From assembly GCA_050949225.1 (NCBI GenBank), contig JBMNFI010000002.1, positions 197,942 to 261,941 of the forward strand: DNA of 64,000 nucleotides, in the 5' to 3' direction. Source of the stretch: Bacillota bacterium. GTDB lineage: Bacteria > Bacillota > Dehalobacteriia > UBA4068. The stretch's first letter is position 1. Each line of letters begins with the position of its first letter. Both the position numbers and the translations under genes were made by a program. Shown piece by piece: positions 25,883-34,212 of this stretch. The notes under the pieces were generated by a model. That model was not told the origin of the DNA. It saw only the letters and a program-made list of their open reading frames with translations, and did no database searches.

Positions 25883-26279
25883 TTAAATGGCTAAATAATT
25901 CAATGCAAAATGATATCTATCTAGACGTTTCAAATCTTTTTTTAGTCACTTCTGATAATCTAGAAAGATCAGAATTATGTCTAAGGTCTGCAATTTTCAC
26001 TTTTTTTGCTAAAGGATTATTCTTTACTCTCTTCAGGTATTCAGTATAACCTTCTCTTTTGCACTTTGTAATAATTGTTACAGCTTCTATAATTTCTTGA
26101 CAAAAGCCAGCTTCAATAAGTTGTTCTTTTGTGTAATCGCTGTCTTATAAAACATCATGCGAAAGGGCAACGATCTTTTCTTTTTCTGTGTAGACCATTG
26201 CAGCGACTGTTAAAGGGTGGTTGATATACTCGTTTCCTCCCTTGTCTTTTTGACCTTTATGTGCTTTTTGAGCAATCAT
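25883..26279 (-). pseudogene. decayed small HD-domain protein resembling a RelA/SpoT-type (p)ppGpp hydrolase (small alarmone hydrolase-like); in-frame TAA plus a +1 frameshift
   Basis: Minus-strand translation MIAQKAHKGQKDKGGNEYINHPLTVAAMVYTEKEKIVALSHDVL*DSDYTKEQLIEAGFCQEIIEAVTIITKCKREGYTEYLKRVKNNPLAKKVKIADLRHN.. matches the RSH hydrolase N-terminus (H..GQ.R.sGEPYi.HPl.VA..l....D...i.AALLHDvvEDT....eei...FG..Va.lV.gvTK...). The TAA at 26145-26147 replaces the conserved Glu, and the frame shifts at the A7 run 25937-25943. Confidence 0.5.
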
Positions 26280-26347
26280 CAAAGCCTTCGCCAACAAGTT
26301 TACGCGCCTCGCTTTCGGTATTAATCCATAAAATGGTTTAATCGCTA

Positions 26348-26587
26348 TTAGTTTTCAAAATATGGTAACAGATCTACTTCGGAATTTACTTCTACACCAA
26401 ATATGGGCGTATTTAAAACTCTGACCTTTTTATCATTGAGCCAGTATATTTGAATTTGAGAGCTATCTACATCAACAGCATAGTCGCCCTTTTTTAATTC
26501 TGGTATATTCTTTTCAAGAGCAGTACACTGTTCCTGAAAAATATCAGAATCAAATACCTGACAAATAAAATATTCATGTTTGAACAT
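26348..26587 (-). CDS. small paralogous protein B (79 aa), candidate immunity protein for the upstream 154-aa domain
   Basis: Paralogue of 25563..25808 and 27399..27641. Starts 3 nt after the stop of 26590..27054. Confidence 0.5.
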   Translation of the reverse strand: MFKHEYFICQVFDSDIFQEQCTALEKNIPELKKGDYAVDVDSSQIQIYWLNDKKVRVLNTPIFGVEVNSEVDLLPYFEN

Positions 26588-26589
26588 TG

Positions 26590-27054
26590 TTAGCCCTCCA
26601 ATCCAAGTAATTTATTGATTTCTTTGTTTGACCGTGTAGAACTGTCGATTAAAGCCCTATAAAGATCATCGTCTGATTTATACAGGCTCCTGTATTTATC
26701 AACGTAAAAACTAAATTCCCGCAGAGGTGCATCTCTCACCAATCTTTCCAGTTCTTTCATGTCAATCATCATGTCCCTTGCTTGCTGCTTAAAGGTGTTT
26801 CTCAGTTCATGCGCCTGCATAGCCTGATCTTTTAGAGATAGTGTGCCGTCTAACATTGACGGAATTTTCTTATTGTGGGCTATGTACCAAGATCTTACTT
26901 CATAATTACCCAACATTCGATCAAATTTCAGCGAATAGTCCAAAGTATCAAGTCTATTTTGCTTACCGGCTTTTAACGCTTTCCATTTGTCAATTTCATT
27001 ATACTTTAAATATTGAAAATCCACAAGATTATTTGTATGCTTAATCCTAATCAA
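26590..27054 (-). CDS. orphan copy of the C-terminal domain found on the MuF-domain protein 27638..28732 (candidate orphan toxin-CT module)
   Basis: 154 aa, homologous over its length to the last ~150 residues of 27638..28732 (for example QAMQAHELRNTFKQQARDMMIDMKE vs QARQAYSLRNQYKEEARNLMADMAE, and SSTRSNKEINKLLG vs TATKSNEKVNKEVG). Confidence 0.5.
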   Translation of the reverse strand: MIRIKHTNNLVDFQYLKYNEIDKWKALKAGKQNRLDTLDYSLKFDRMLGNYEVRSWYIAHNKKIPSMLDGTLSLKDQAMQAHELRNTFKQQARDMMIDMKELERLVRDAPLREFSFYVDKYRSLYKSDDDLYRALIDSSTRSNKEINKLLGLEG

Positions 27055-27129
27055 AAAGACGATGAATATTTGTTAATCTATGTATTATAGTTCACTATAA
27101 TGCACTTTTTGTGCCTGCTTTTTTGACTG

Positions 27130-27240
27130 TTATCCAGTATCAGCCTTCAAAACTTCAATGCCCTTACCATATTCCGCCATAATTTTGTCAATGATATCCT
27201 TGTCATCAATGCCCAAACTTTCTAAAAATTCACGTTTCAT
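27130..27240 (-). pseudogene. fragment of a phage scaffold gene (first ~36 codons only)
   Basis: Minus-strand ORF MKREFLESLGIDDKDIIDKIMAEYGKGIEVLKADTG* parallels the scaffold N-terminus MKKEFLTSLNIDDATADKVVAEHKKALEGF of 17023..17631. Same position relative to a MuF plus small-ORF pair. Confidence 0.4.
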
Positions 27241-27398
27241 TTGATGTTTCCTTTCCTTCCGCTACGCTTTTTATCGGGGTTGCGCCCCGTGCGGCTGCAT
27301 CTTTTACGCTGTGCCCAGCAATATTTTTATATAAAAAAGACACTATGAACAATGTCAAAGTGTCTTAATTCATATTTAGTTGTTGCTATCAGTTGGCT

Positions 27399-27641
27399 TT
27401 AGTGCTTAATAAGCAGGTCGTCAAGTGGGTACGTGGATTTTACATACACCGCATCTACCAATGTGTCCATATAGATATCGATTTTTTCATTGTTTGCCGT
27501 AATATAAACAGCAATCAAAGAGCCATCCACATCTTCAAGCAGATCTTTCTTGACAGTAAAAGCCTTCTCAATTACTTTACATTGTGCATCAAAAACAGTT
27601 TTATCCACTTCTTTTGCGATAGTATAATCGTATTTCATCAT
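27399..27641 (-). CDS. small paralogous protein C (80 aa), candidate immunity protein for the C-terminal domain of 27638..28732
   Basis: ATGA overlap with the upstream MuF-domain gene. Paralogue of 25563..25808 and 26348..26587. Confidence 0.5.
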   Translation of the reverse strand: MMKYDYTIAKEVDKTVFDAQCKVIEKAFTVKKDLLEDVDGSLIAVYITANNEKIDIYMDTLVDAVYVKSTYPLDDLLIKH

Positions 27642-28732
27642 TTGTAACCCACCTCCTTGTTCACTTTTTCGTTAGACTTTGTCGCGGTCTTAATAATGTC
27701 TTTTAAGGCTTCTTCTCGTGTTAGCCCCTTACGCTCAATCTTATCATTAAGCAAATAATCAAAATCTGGAGCGGGGCTCTTGGCATCAAGCTTCGCCCTT
27801 TCTGCCATATCGGCCATCAGGTTGCGAGCCTCTTCTTTGTATTGGTTGCGCAAGGAATATGCTTGCCTTGCCTGTTTTTCTAGGCTCTGGGCGGTATCTA
27901 CTTGAGACGGAATAGACTTAATATGCTCATCATACCACTGTCTAACAGCTAGATTGCTTGCCTTGATATTGTTCGCCGCAAGTTCCTGATACTCCATTTT
28001 GGCGAATATATCACGGCCTGCCTTATCTAAAGCTATTATACCACTTTTAGCAGACAATTCCAAGTTCTGGACCCCGGCTCTTTCGCGGAAATAGTCACGA
28101 CTTAAGCCGGTTTGACTGATAAAATCTCTTTGCCTTGCTTGCCATTCTCGCACCTTGCCTTTAGCAAAGCTGTTGTCTAGTCCTGCTGCGTCATAAGCGC
28201 TGCCCTCACGCTTCCAGCGTCTTATTTGGCGCTCAATATAGCGTTGATGTTGAGTAGCATCATAAAGGCTCATCTTTTCGCCGTTGAAAGTGACTTCTCG
28301 ATTGTTGAGATCTCGCAAGCGGTCAGCATCATAGGCCTTTTCGTCTAGGCCTTCGACAAAGGGAAACCAGTCATGGCGACAATTTGCGCCTTTAAATCCT
28401 GTTACATCACCATAACCTATATCATCTAAAGATAGATAGCCATCTCTGCCTGATATACTCACCAGCTGCCCTTGCCATACTGCATGGCTTGGTCGAGCTG
28501 AATGATGAGCCGTCAATTCCATTAAGTCCGTATCCATCTCTTTGGCTCTGGCCAGCTGCAAATCTCCCGCTGTCTGGTTCACACCAGTCATAATTGCTCT
28601 TCTTGCAGCCACATCCAAGTAATCAGTATGTCCACCGGGATATGTGATAGATGCCAGCCCCTTAACAGTTAGGTCTCTAATCGCTCCTTTAACTGCCGTC
28701 CGGTAATCAAAAGCACCAGAGATGATTTGCAT
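27638..28732 (-). CDS. MuF (SPP1 gp7)-domain protein with a ~150-aa C-terminal extension; candidate MuF polymorphic toxin, detached from any portal or terminase genes
   Basis: MuF core motifs HHSARPSHAVWQGQLVSISG and KGANCRHDWFPF parallel the motifs in 18027..19373. The C-terminal ~150 aa are paralogous to 26590..27054. Confidence 0.55.
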   Translation of the reverse strand: MQIISGAFDYRTAVKGAIRDLTVKGLASITYPGGHTDYLDVAARRAIMTGVNQTAGDLQLARAKEMDTDLMELTAHHSARPSHAVWQGQLVSISGRDGYLSLDDIGYGDVTGFKGANCRHDWFPFVEGLDEKAYDADRLRDLNNREVTFNGEKMSLYDATQHQRYIERQIRRWKREGSAYDAAGLDNSFAKGKVREWQARQRDFISQTGLSRDYFRERAGVQNLELSAKSGIIALDKAGRDIFAKMEYQELAANNIKASNLAVRQWYDEHIKSIPSQVDTAQSLEKQARQAYSLRNQYKEEARNLMADMAERAKLDAKSPAPDFDYLLNDKIERKGLTREEALKDIIKTATKSNEKVNKEVGYK

Positions 28733-28910
28733 AATTTATGAATTCGAGATGTGTACTAAATACCTTTGATGTGATAGTATCCTGCAGTTCTGTATTTTGT
28801 ACTTTGCATGGATTATACAGATCAAACGAGAAAACCGTGGACAATTAACAGACTGAGGGATTTTTATGGTATCAGTGTCTCCAAAAACTATCCTTTAGTC
28901 TTCGTTAAAG

Positions 28911-28952
28911 GCTAGCGGACTTCTCCTTAAGGAGAAGTCCGCTAGCTTTTTT
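28911..28952. terminator. strong hairpin terminator (GCTAGCGGACTTCTCC-TTAA-GGAGAAGTCCGCTAGC followed by a T-run) between the phage-remnant block and hcp
   Basis: 16-bp perfect stem, 4-nt loop, T6 downstream on the plus strand and A-run on the other side. Possibly bidirectional. Confidence 0.45.
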
Positions 28953-28996
28953 CTGTATTTATTTGATGTTTTTAAAGCATCCTTATAATATCGGAT

Positions 28997-30571
28997 TTAG
29001 CTTAATATTTTCTCCAGATCACTTTCAGGATCGGAAATAGGAGTCAGTTCGAAATTTTTCACTAAATAATCAAGAATATTGGGTGAGACAAAAGCAGGCA
29101 AAGAGGGACCGAGATAGATATTTTTGATACCCAAATGTAAAAGGGTTAACAAAATTGCCACTGCTTTTTGTTCATACCAGGATAAAACCAAAGTTAAAGG
29201 CAGTTCATTAACGCTGCAATCAAAGGCCTCTGACAGGGCTAAAGCTACTTTAATAGCGCCATAGGCATCGTTGCATTGTCCCATATCCATGATCCGTGGC
29301 AGTCCGCCAATTTCACCAATATCCAAATCGTTAAAGCGATATTTGCCGCAAGCCAAGGTTAGAATCACGGTATCCGCCGGGGTTTTTTTCACAAAGTCAG
29401 TATAGTAGTTGCGGCCCGTTCTGGCTCCGTCACAACCGCCCACGAGGAAGAAGTGTTTGATGGCCCCTGCTTTAACTGCATCAATTACTGTGTCGGCAAC
29501 TGATAAAATGGTGCCATGGGCAAAACCGGTTGTAACAGTATTGCCACCATTAATGCCGGATCCAGGATGTTTTGTGGGGTAACCGCCAAGTTCCAGAGCT
29601 TTTTCAATTACAGGGGTAAAATCTTTTTTATCATCAATATGCGCTATTTCCGGATAGCCCACCATCGCCGTGGTGAAAACGCGATCTTTGTAGCTATCTT
29701 TAGGTGGCATAATACAGTTTGTGGTGAATAAAATAGGTGCGGGGATATTGTCAAACTCTTTTTTCTGGTTTTGCCAAGCGGTACCAAAATTGCCTTTAAA
29801 ATGAGAATATTGTTTCAGTTTTGGATAACCGTGTGCAGGCAGCATTTCACCATGAGTATAAATATTAATGCCTTTGCCTTTAGTTTGTTCCAGAAGTTTG
29901 TGTAAATCAAGCAGGTCGTGACCGGTGATAACAATAAAGGGACCGGGCTCAACATCTAATGATACAGTCGTTGGTTCAGGAGTGCCATAGGTTTCAGTAT
30001 TGGCCTTATCTAACAGTTCCATGCAGGCTAAGTTGGCGGCGCCTGTTTCCATTACTGCAGGCAAAAGGGATTCGAGAGTATTTTCTGATTCAATAATGTA
30101 AAGTCCCTTATAGAAGAAATCGGTGACTGTTTTATCGGTATAACCGAGCTCCAAAGCGTGATAGGCATAGGCTGCCATGCCACGTAGACCTAACAAAATA
30201 AGGGTTTTTAACGAACGGATATCTTCATTATCCTGCCAAACCGTATTCATGTCAAAACCACAATCGACAGGGGCACCCAGCAATTTCTCCTGAGCTTGTT
30301 TAACCTCAGCAATAGTTTGTTGAAGATCATCATTGCTAAAGTTAACATTAGTTACCGTAGTAAAAAGACCTTTCATAATTAGTCGGTCGGTTTCGGCATC
30401 GGGCTTATTTTGTGCGGGATTTTTAAACTTGATTTTAGCAAGCATAATCAAGTTGCCGGTCAGCTCATCCTGCAGACGAGCGGTATCAGCCTGTTTCCCG
30501 CAGACGCCTTGGCTTTTTGTACAGCCTGTACCACCTGCAGTTTGTTCACATTGAAAACAAAACATAGTCAT
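28997..30571 (-). CDS. hcp: hybrid-cluster protein (hydroxylamine reductase / prismane protein)
   Basis: N-terminus MTMFCFQCEQTAGGTGCTKSQGVCGK is the Hcp Cys motif. 524 aa. RBS AGGAGG 8 nt upstream. Confidence 0.93.
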   Translation of the reverse strand: MTMFCFQCEQTAGGTGCTKSQGVCGKQADTARLQDELTGNLIMLAKIKFKNPAQNKPDAETDRLIMKGLFTTVTNVNFSNDDLQQTIAEVKQAQEKLLGAPVDCGFDMNTVWQDNEDIRSLKTLILLGLRGMAAYAYHALELGYTDKTVTDFFYKGLYIIESENTLESLLPAVMETGAANLACMELLDKANTETYGTPEPTTVSLDVEPGPFIVITGHDLLDLHKLLEQTKGKGINIYTHGEMLPAHGYPKLKQYSHFKGNFGTAWQNQKKEFDNIPAPILFTTNCIMPPKDSYKDRVFTTAMVGYPEIAHIDDKKDFTPVIEKALELGGYPTKHPGSGINGGNTVTTGFAHGTILSVADTVIDAVKAGAIKHFFLVGGCDGARTGRNYYTDFVKKTPADTVILTLACGKYRFNDLDIGEIGGLPRIMDMGQCNDAYGAIKVALALSEAFDCSVNELPLTLVLSWYEQKAVAILLTLLHLGIKNIYLGPSLPAFVSPNILDYLVKNFELTPISDPESDLEKILS

Positions 30572-30592
30572 TTAAAAAAACCTCCTTAATAA

Positions 30593-31297
30593 TTATACAT
30601 TTTCTACAATTTTACCATCTATGGAAACAGTGACTACTTTTAGAGGTAAATCGCTGTTTGCCGCATCAAGGGCTTTTTGTACTTCCTTCACCAAGCTTTT
30701 ACAGCAGGGGACTTCCATTCGCGCTACAGTGATACTTTTAATGTCGTTTTGGGCGATAATATGGCTGAGCTTTTCGCTATATTCAGTGTTATCCAGCTTA
30801 GGACAGCCGATAAGTGTAATTTTATCTCTCATGAATTCATCATGGAAATTTGCATGAGCATAAGCGCAACAGTCAGCAGCAATTAAAAGATCAGCTTCTT
30901 TGAGATAAGGTGCATTAATATTTACCAGTTTAATTTGCGTTGGCCATTGCTTAAGAGCAGAGTTTTTATTGCCTGACAGGCACTGACTAGTGTCTGAGGG
31001 ACAGCCGCACGGTAATGTGTCCTCATCAGATTCCTTTTGGATAGACTCTTTTTGGGCGGCCTTTTTTTTATCGGCCAGCATGGCTTGATGATCGTAAGCT
31101 TCCGCTTCTCTTTCTTCAAAGGAAATCGCACTGGTAGGACAGACAGGCAGGCAATCACCCAGCCCATCACAATAATCCTCTCTTAATAACTTAGCTTTGC
31201 CATTAACCATGCCGATAGCCCCTTCGTGACAAGCGGAAACGCAAAGACCACAACCGTTACATTTTTCTTCATCTATAGTAATAATTTTACGTATCAT
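30593..31297 (-). CDS. 4Fe-4S ferredoxin-domain protein encoded upstream of hcp in the same operon
   Basis: Two ferredoxin Cys motifs (CNGCGLCVSACHEGA, CDGLGDCLPVCPTSA) plus C-terminal Cys pairs. 21-nt gap to hcp. Confidence 0.7.
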   Translation of the reverse strand: MIRKIITIDEEKCNGCGLCVSACHEGAIGMVNGKAKLLREDYCDGLGDCLPVCPTSAISFEEREAEAYDHQAMLADKKKAAQKESIQKESDEDTLPCGCPSDTSQCLSGNKNSALKQWPTQIKLVNINAPYLKEADLLIAADCCAYAHANFHDEFMRDKITLIGCPKLDNTEYSEKLSHIIAQNDIKSITVARMEVPCCKSLVKEVQKALDAANSDLPLKVVTVSIDGKIVENV

Positions 31298-31397
31298 AAT
31301 ATAACACTCCTTTTTTATGATTAATTTGCATTTGCATTTTCATTATAGTACAATATAACAATAAAATCCGTTGCATTTGCAACAAGGGGATAGCTTT

Positions 31398-32087
31398 ATG
31401 CAAAAATATTTTTCCGAATTGAAGAACATAGCCCTTTTTGCGGGTATACATGATGCCGATATACCCGAGATTTTGCAGTGCTTAGGTGGCTACGAAAAAA
31501 AATATACTAAAGGTGAATTTATTTTTGATGTAGGGGACAGAATTGATGAAGTGGGAATACTTTTAGCGGGAAAACTGCAGATCATTAAAGATGATGTTTC
31601 CGGTAATAGAAATATTCTGCAGGAATATTTTCAGATAGGTACTTTTGCTGAATCACTTTCTTTTTCTGCTCTGCCTCATAGCCCTTTTTCAGTAATTGCC
31701 AGCCAGGATTGTGAAATTCTTTTCATCCCACTTAATAGAGTACTCAATGTTTGTTCTGCTGCTTGCAGTTTCCATACCCGCATGTTAGAAAACAGTCTCA
31801 GAATGATTGCTAATGAAAACATTCTTTTTAATGAAAAAATTGATATAATTTCACAAAGATCAATTCGAGATAAAATTATGCGTTATTTATTATTGCAATC
31901 GGAGAAAAAAAGCAGTGACTCTTTTACGATTCCTTTTTCCAGAAATGAGCTGGCGGACTATATTTGTGTGGATAGAAGTGCCTTAAGCAGGGAACTGTCA
32001 AAAATGAGTAAAGAAGGAATTATTGAGTTTACCAAAAGTGATTTTACTATTAGAGAAAGCAGCAAAAAAATGCAGTGTGTAGAATAA
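31398..32087 (+). CDS. Crp/Fnr-family transcriptional regulator (HcpR-like), divergent from the ferredoxin-hcp operon
   Basis: cNMP-binding beta-barrel followed by a C-terminal HTH (RNELADYICVDRSALSRELSKMSKEGII). ATG 31398 with RBS AAGGGGA. The track ORF begins at TTG 31371. Confidence 0.8.
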   Translation: MQKYFSELKNIALFAGIHDADIPEILQCLGGYEKKYTKGEFIFDVGDRIDEVGILLAGKLQIIKDDVSGNRNILQEYFQIGTFAESLSFSALPHSPFSVIASQDCEILFIPLNRVLNVCSAACSFHTRMLENSLRMIANENILFNEKIDIISQRSIRDKIMRYLLLQSEKKSSDSFTIPFSRNELADYICVDRSALSRELSKMSKEGIIEFTKSDFTIRESSKKMQCVE

Positions 32088-32253
32088 GAAAACGACCGGT
32101 GAAGTTAATAAAAACTTTTTCTCAGGAGCAGACATTTTTAAAAATAGACTTGAATATATTAGTAAAAAATGCTACACTATAGTCTGTAAGGGTAATTTTG
32201 GCGATTTGTCAATATTGCTTAATTACCAACATTATTTATTAGGAGGAATTGAC

Positions 32254-32463
32254 ATGAAAAAAATATTTGCTATTGTAGCCGTTGTTGCGTTGGCATTCTC
32301 TTTGGTGGCTTGTGGAAACACTGAAACAGCTGATCCTGATGCAACAACTACTGAAGTTACCGAAGAAACAACTACAACTGAAGTAACTGAAGAAGAAACA
32401 GCTACACCTGACACCGGTGCAGAAACAGAGACAACCGAAACAACCGAAGAAGCAGCTGAATAA
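32254..32463 (+). CDS. small secreted lipoprotein with Thr/Glu-rich low-complexity repeats
   Basis: Lipobox LVACG after a signal peptide (MKKIFAIVAVVALAFS). TTEVTEETTTTEVTEEET repeats. RBS AGGAGG 7 nt upstream of ATG 32254. Confidence 0.5.
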   Translation: MKKIFAIVAVVALAFSLVACGNTETADPDATTTEVTEETTTTEVTEEETATPDTGAETETTETTEEAAE

Positions 32464-32688
32464 ATCAATAGCAGTATAATCGACCTTATTTACTTACCGG
32501 ATACCGCGCAGGATATTGCGCGGTATTTTTTATTCTTTTTTTAGAGGGATTAACTATATATAAGCCTAATAATTATTAAAGGTAAGGTATAAATCCAAGT
32601 GAATACTGTAAGATATTATGATCTTTTTTTAGAAGACTTATTCACAGGGGGTTTTTGTGTTAAAATAATAAAAAGGAGTTGATGTTTA

Positions 32689-33135
32689 ATGTCTTTAATA
32701 ATGAAAGAATTAGCTAAAGAGGATCGAGATGTTTTTATAGAGATGTCGGATGATTTTTTTAACAGTGTAGAAGGGGAGGAAATTAAGCCACCTGAGCATT
32801 TTCAAAAAAACTTTACTTATCTATTATCACCCCAACACAATGCTAAATGTTTTTTGATTTGCGAACAGCAAAAACGGCCACTGGGTTTTTTGGTAATTTG
32901 TTTTTCTTATTCTACTGAAGGGGCTAGGGAAGTTATTTGGGTTGAGGACCTTTACATCAAGTCGCAACAACGTGGGAAGCAATGGGGCAGTAAGGTTTTA
33001 AAATGGCTCGAGGAGCAATATCCGCAGGTGCGCTTGCGTTTGGAAACTTGGCCTAGCAATACGGGTGCAAGGCGGCTTTACGAGAGGATGGGTTATCAGA
33101 AAGAAAAATTAATTCCCTATACTAAGAATTTGTAA
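32689..33135 (+). CDS. GNAT-family N-acetyltransferase
   Basis: Acetyl-CoA-binding motif QQRGKQWGSKVLKWLEE and ARRLYERMGYQ. RBS AAGGAG. Confidence 0.75.
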   Translation: MSLIMKELAKEDRDVFIEMSDDFFNSVEGEEIKPPEHFQKNFTYLLSPQHNAKCFLICEQQKRPLGFLVICFSYSTEGAREVIWVEDLYIKSQQRGKQWGSKVLKWLEEQYPQVRLRLETWPSNTGARRLYERMGYQKEKLIPYTKNL

Positions 33136-33184
33136 GGGGAGGTGTTTATCTATCAAAAGAGGAAATATTTTTGCTTTTAATAAA

Positions 33185-33475
33185 TTGCCTGAAGGAGAAT
33201 TAGTGGAGGTGTTGTGTCGAGGGCGGCACGGGCACATCGAAAGGATTGTTTCCCAAGGGGAGGTTTCGCCGCCGGGCTTTTGGTATGATCAGGAGCAGGC
33301 AGAATGGGTTTTATTGCTTCAAGGCTCAGCTGAGCTTGCTTTTGAGGATGGTTCCAAGATCGGGTTGCAGACGGGTGAGTATTTGCTATTACCTGCTCAT
33401 CAAAAACATCGTATTGATTATACCAGTAAAAACCCTTCGTGCATTTGGCTATGTGTGTTTGCTGATGAAAAATAA
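33185..33475 (+). CDS. cupin-domain protein
   Basis: 96 aa, small beta-barrel pattern (WVLLLQGSAELAFEDGSKIGLQTGEYLLLPAHQKHRI). Confidence 0.55.
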   Translation: MPEGELVEVLCRGRHGHIERIVSQGEVSPPGFWYDQEQAEWVLLLQGSAELAFEDGSKIGLQTGEYLLLPAHQKHRIDYTSKNPSCIWLCVFADEK

Positions 33476-33550
33476 CCCTCTCACTCAAAAAGAGTGCGAG
33501 GGTTATTTTAGTGTTAGGCAAATAATTTTTTGGGGTTGAACAGCTTTATA

Positions 33551-34189
33551 TTATAAAAGGGGGTTGCTGTTATCCCGGTGGTCGGCGGGGATTTCCAGAG
33601 CCGTAATCAGGCTGCCAAAATGTCCTGCCGCTCCTGTTGTTGTAATTGTTTTTCCGGGGGCTAAAAAGTTGTTGAGGCCGGCTATATATGCTGCATGGGC
33701 TTCCGACCAGTTGCCGGAAATTTGACCATCCTCTGATTGCTCGACACAAAACCGGATATCAGCAGCGGGAGTCAAGGCAGGATAGCCCTCCTTCATGATC
33801 ATCATTTCCAGTTGTGAGCCAAATCTTTTGAGTAGTTTTTGCTCCCCTAAGTCTTTATCATTAGAAGAGAGGTCCAGCGCCTCTTTTATTTTTGTAGTGT
33901 AAGGAAAAAAGTAAGAAACTACCGACATGGCATGTGGAAGCCATTGATCAGGCATCATAAAATAAATTCCCAGAAGATTTTCTTCACGGATCTTGTAAAA
34001 CAGATCGTCCTGAGGATTGGCAATTCCAAAGACGGGCTCGTCAAATATTTTTGTCCCTATCAGATCAGGATGCGGAGCGTTTTCCTCCGTCAGTTGGTTA
34101 TTAAGGTTTGTAAAAATGGCTAGAGCCTTTTCGACAAACTCCTCTTTAGGCATTACGGGTTTTTTGTAATAGTCATCAACAATTTGCAT
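33551..34189 (-). CDS. hypothetical protein
   Basis: 212-aa ORF with a plausible RBS. No family recognised. Confidence 0.45.
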   Translation of the reverse strand: MQIVDDYYKKPVMPKEEFVEKALAIFTNLNNQLTEENAPHPDLIGTKIFDEPVFGIANPQDDLFYKIREENLLGIYFMMPDQWLPHAMSVVSYFFPYTTKIKEALDLSSNDKDLGEQKLLKRFGSQLEMMIMKEGYPALTPAADIRFCVEQSEDGQISGNWSEAHAAYIAGLNNFLAPGKTITTTGAAGHFGSLITALEIPADHRDNSNPLL

Positions 34190-34212
34190 GGTTAATCCTC
34201 CAATTATAAGAT

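Noticed and set aside
25849-26049. 66-aa plus-strand ORF
   Set aside because: Lies antisense within the decayed HD-hydrolase pseudogene (25883..26279, minus). The minus-strand reading has the recognisable homology.
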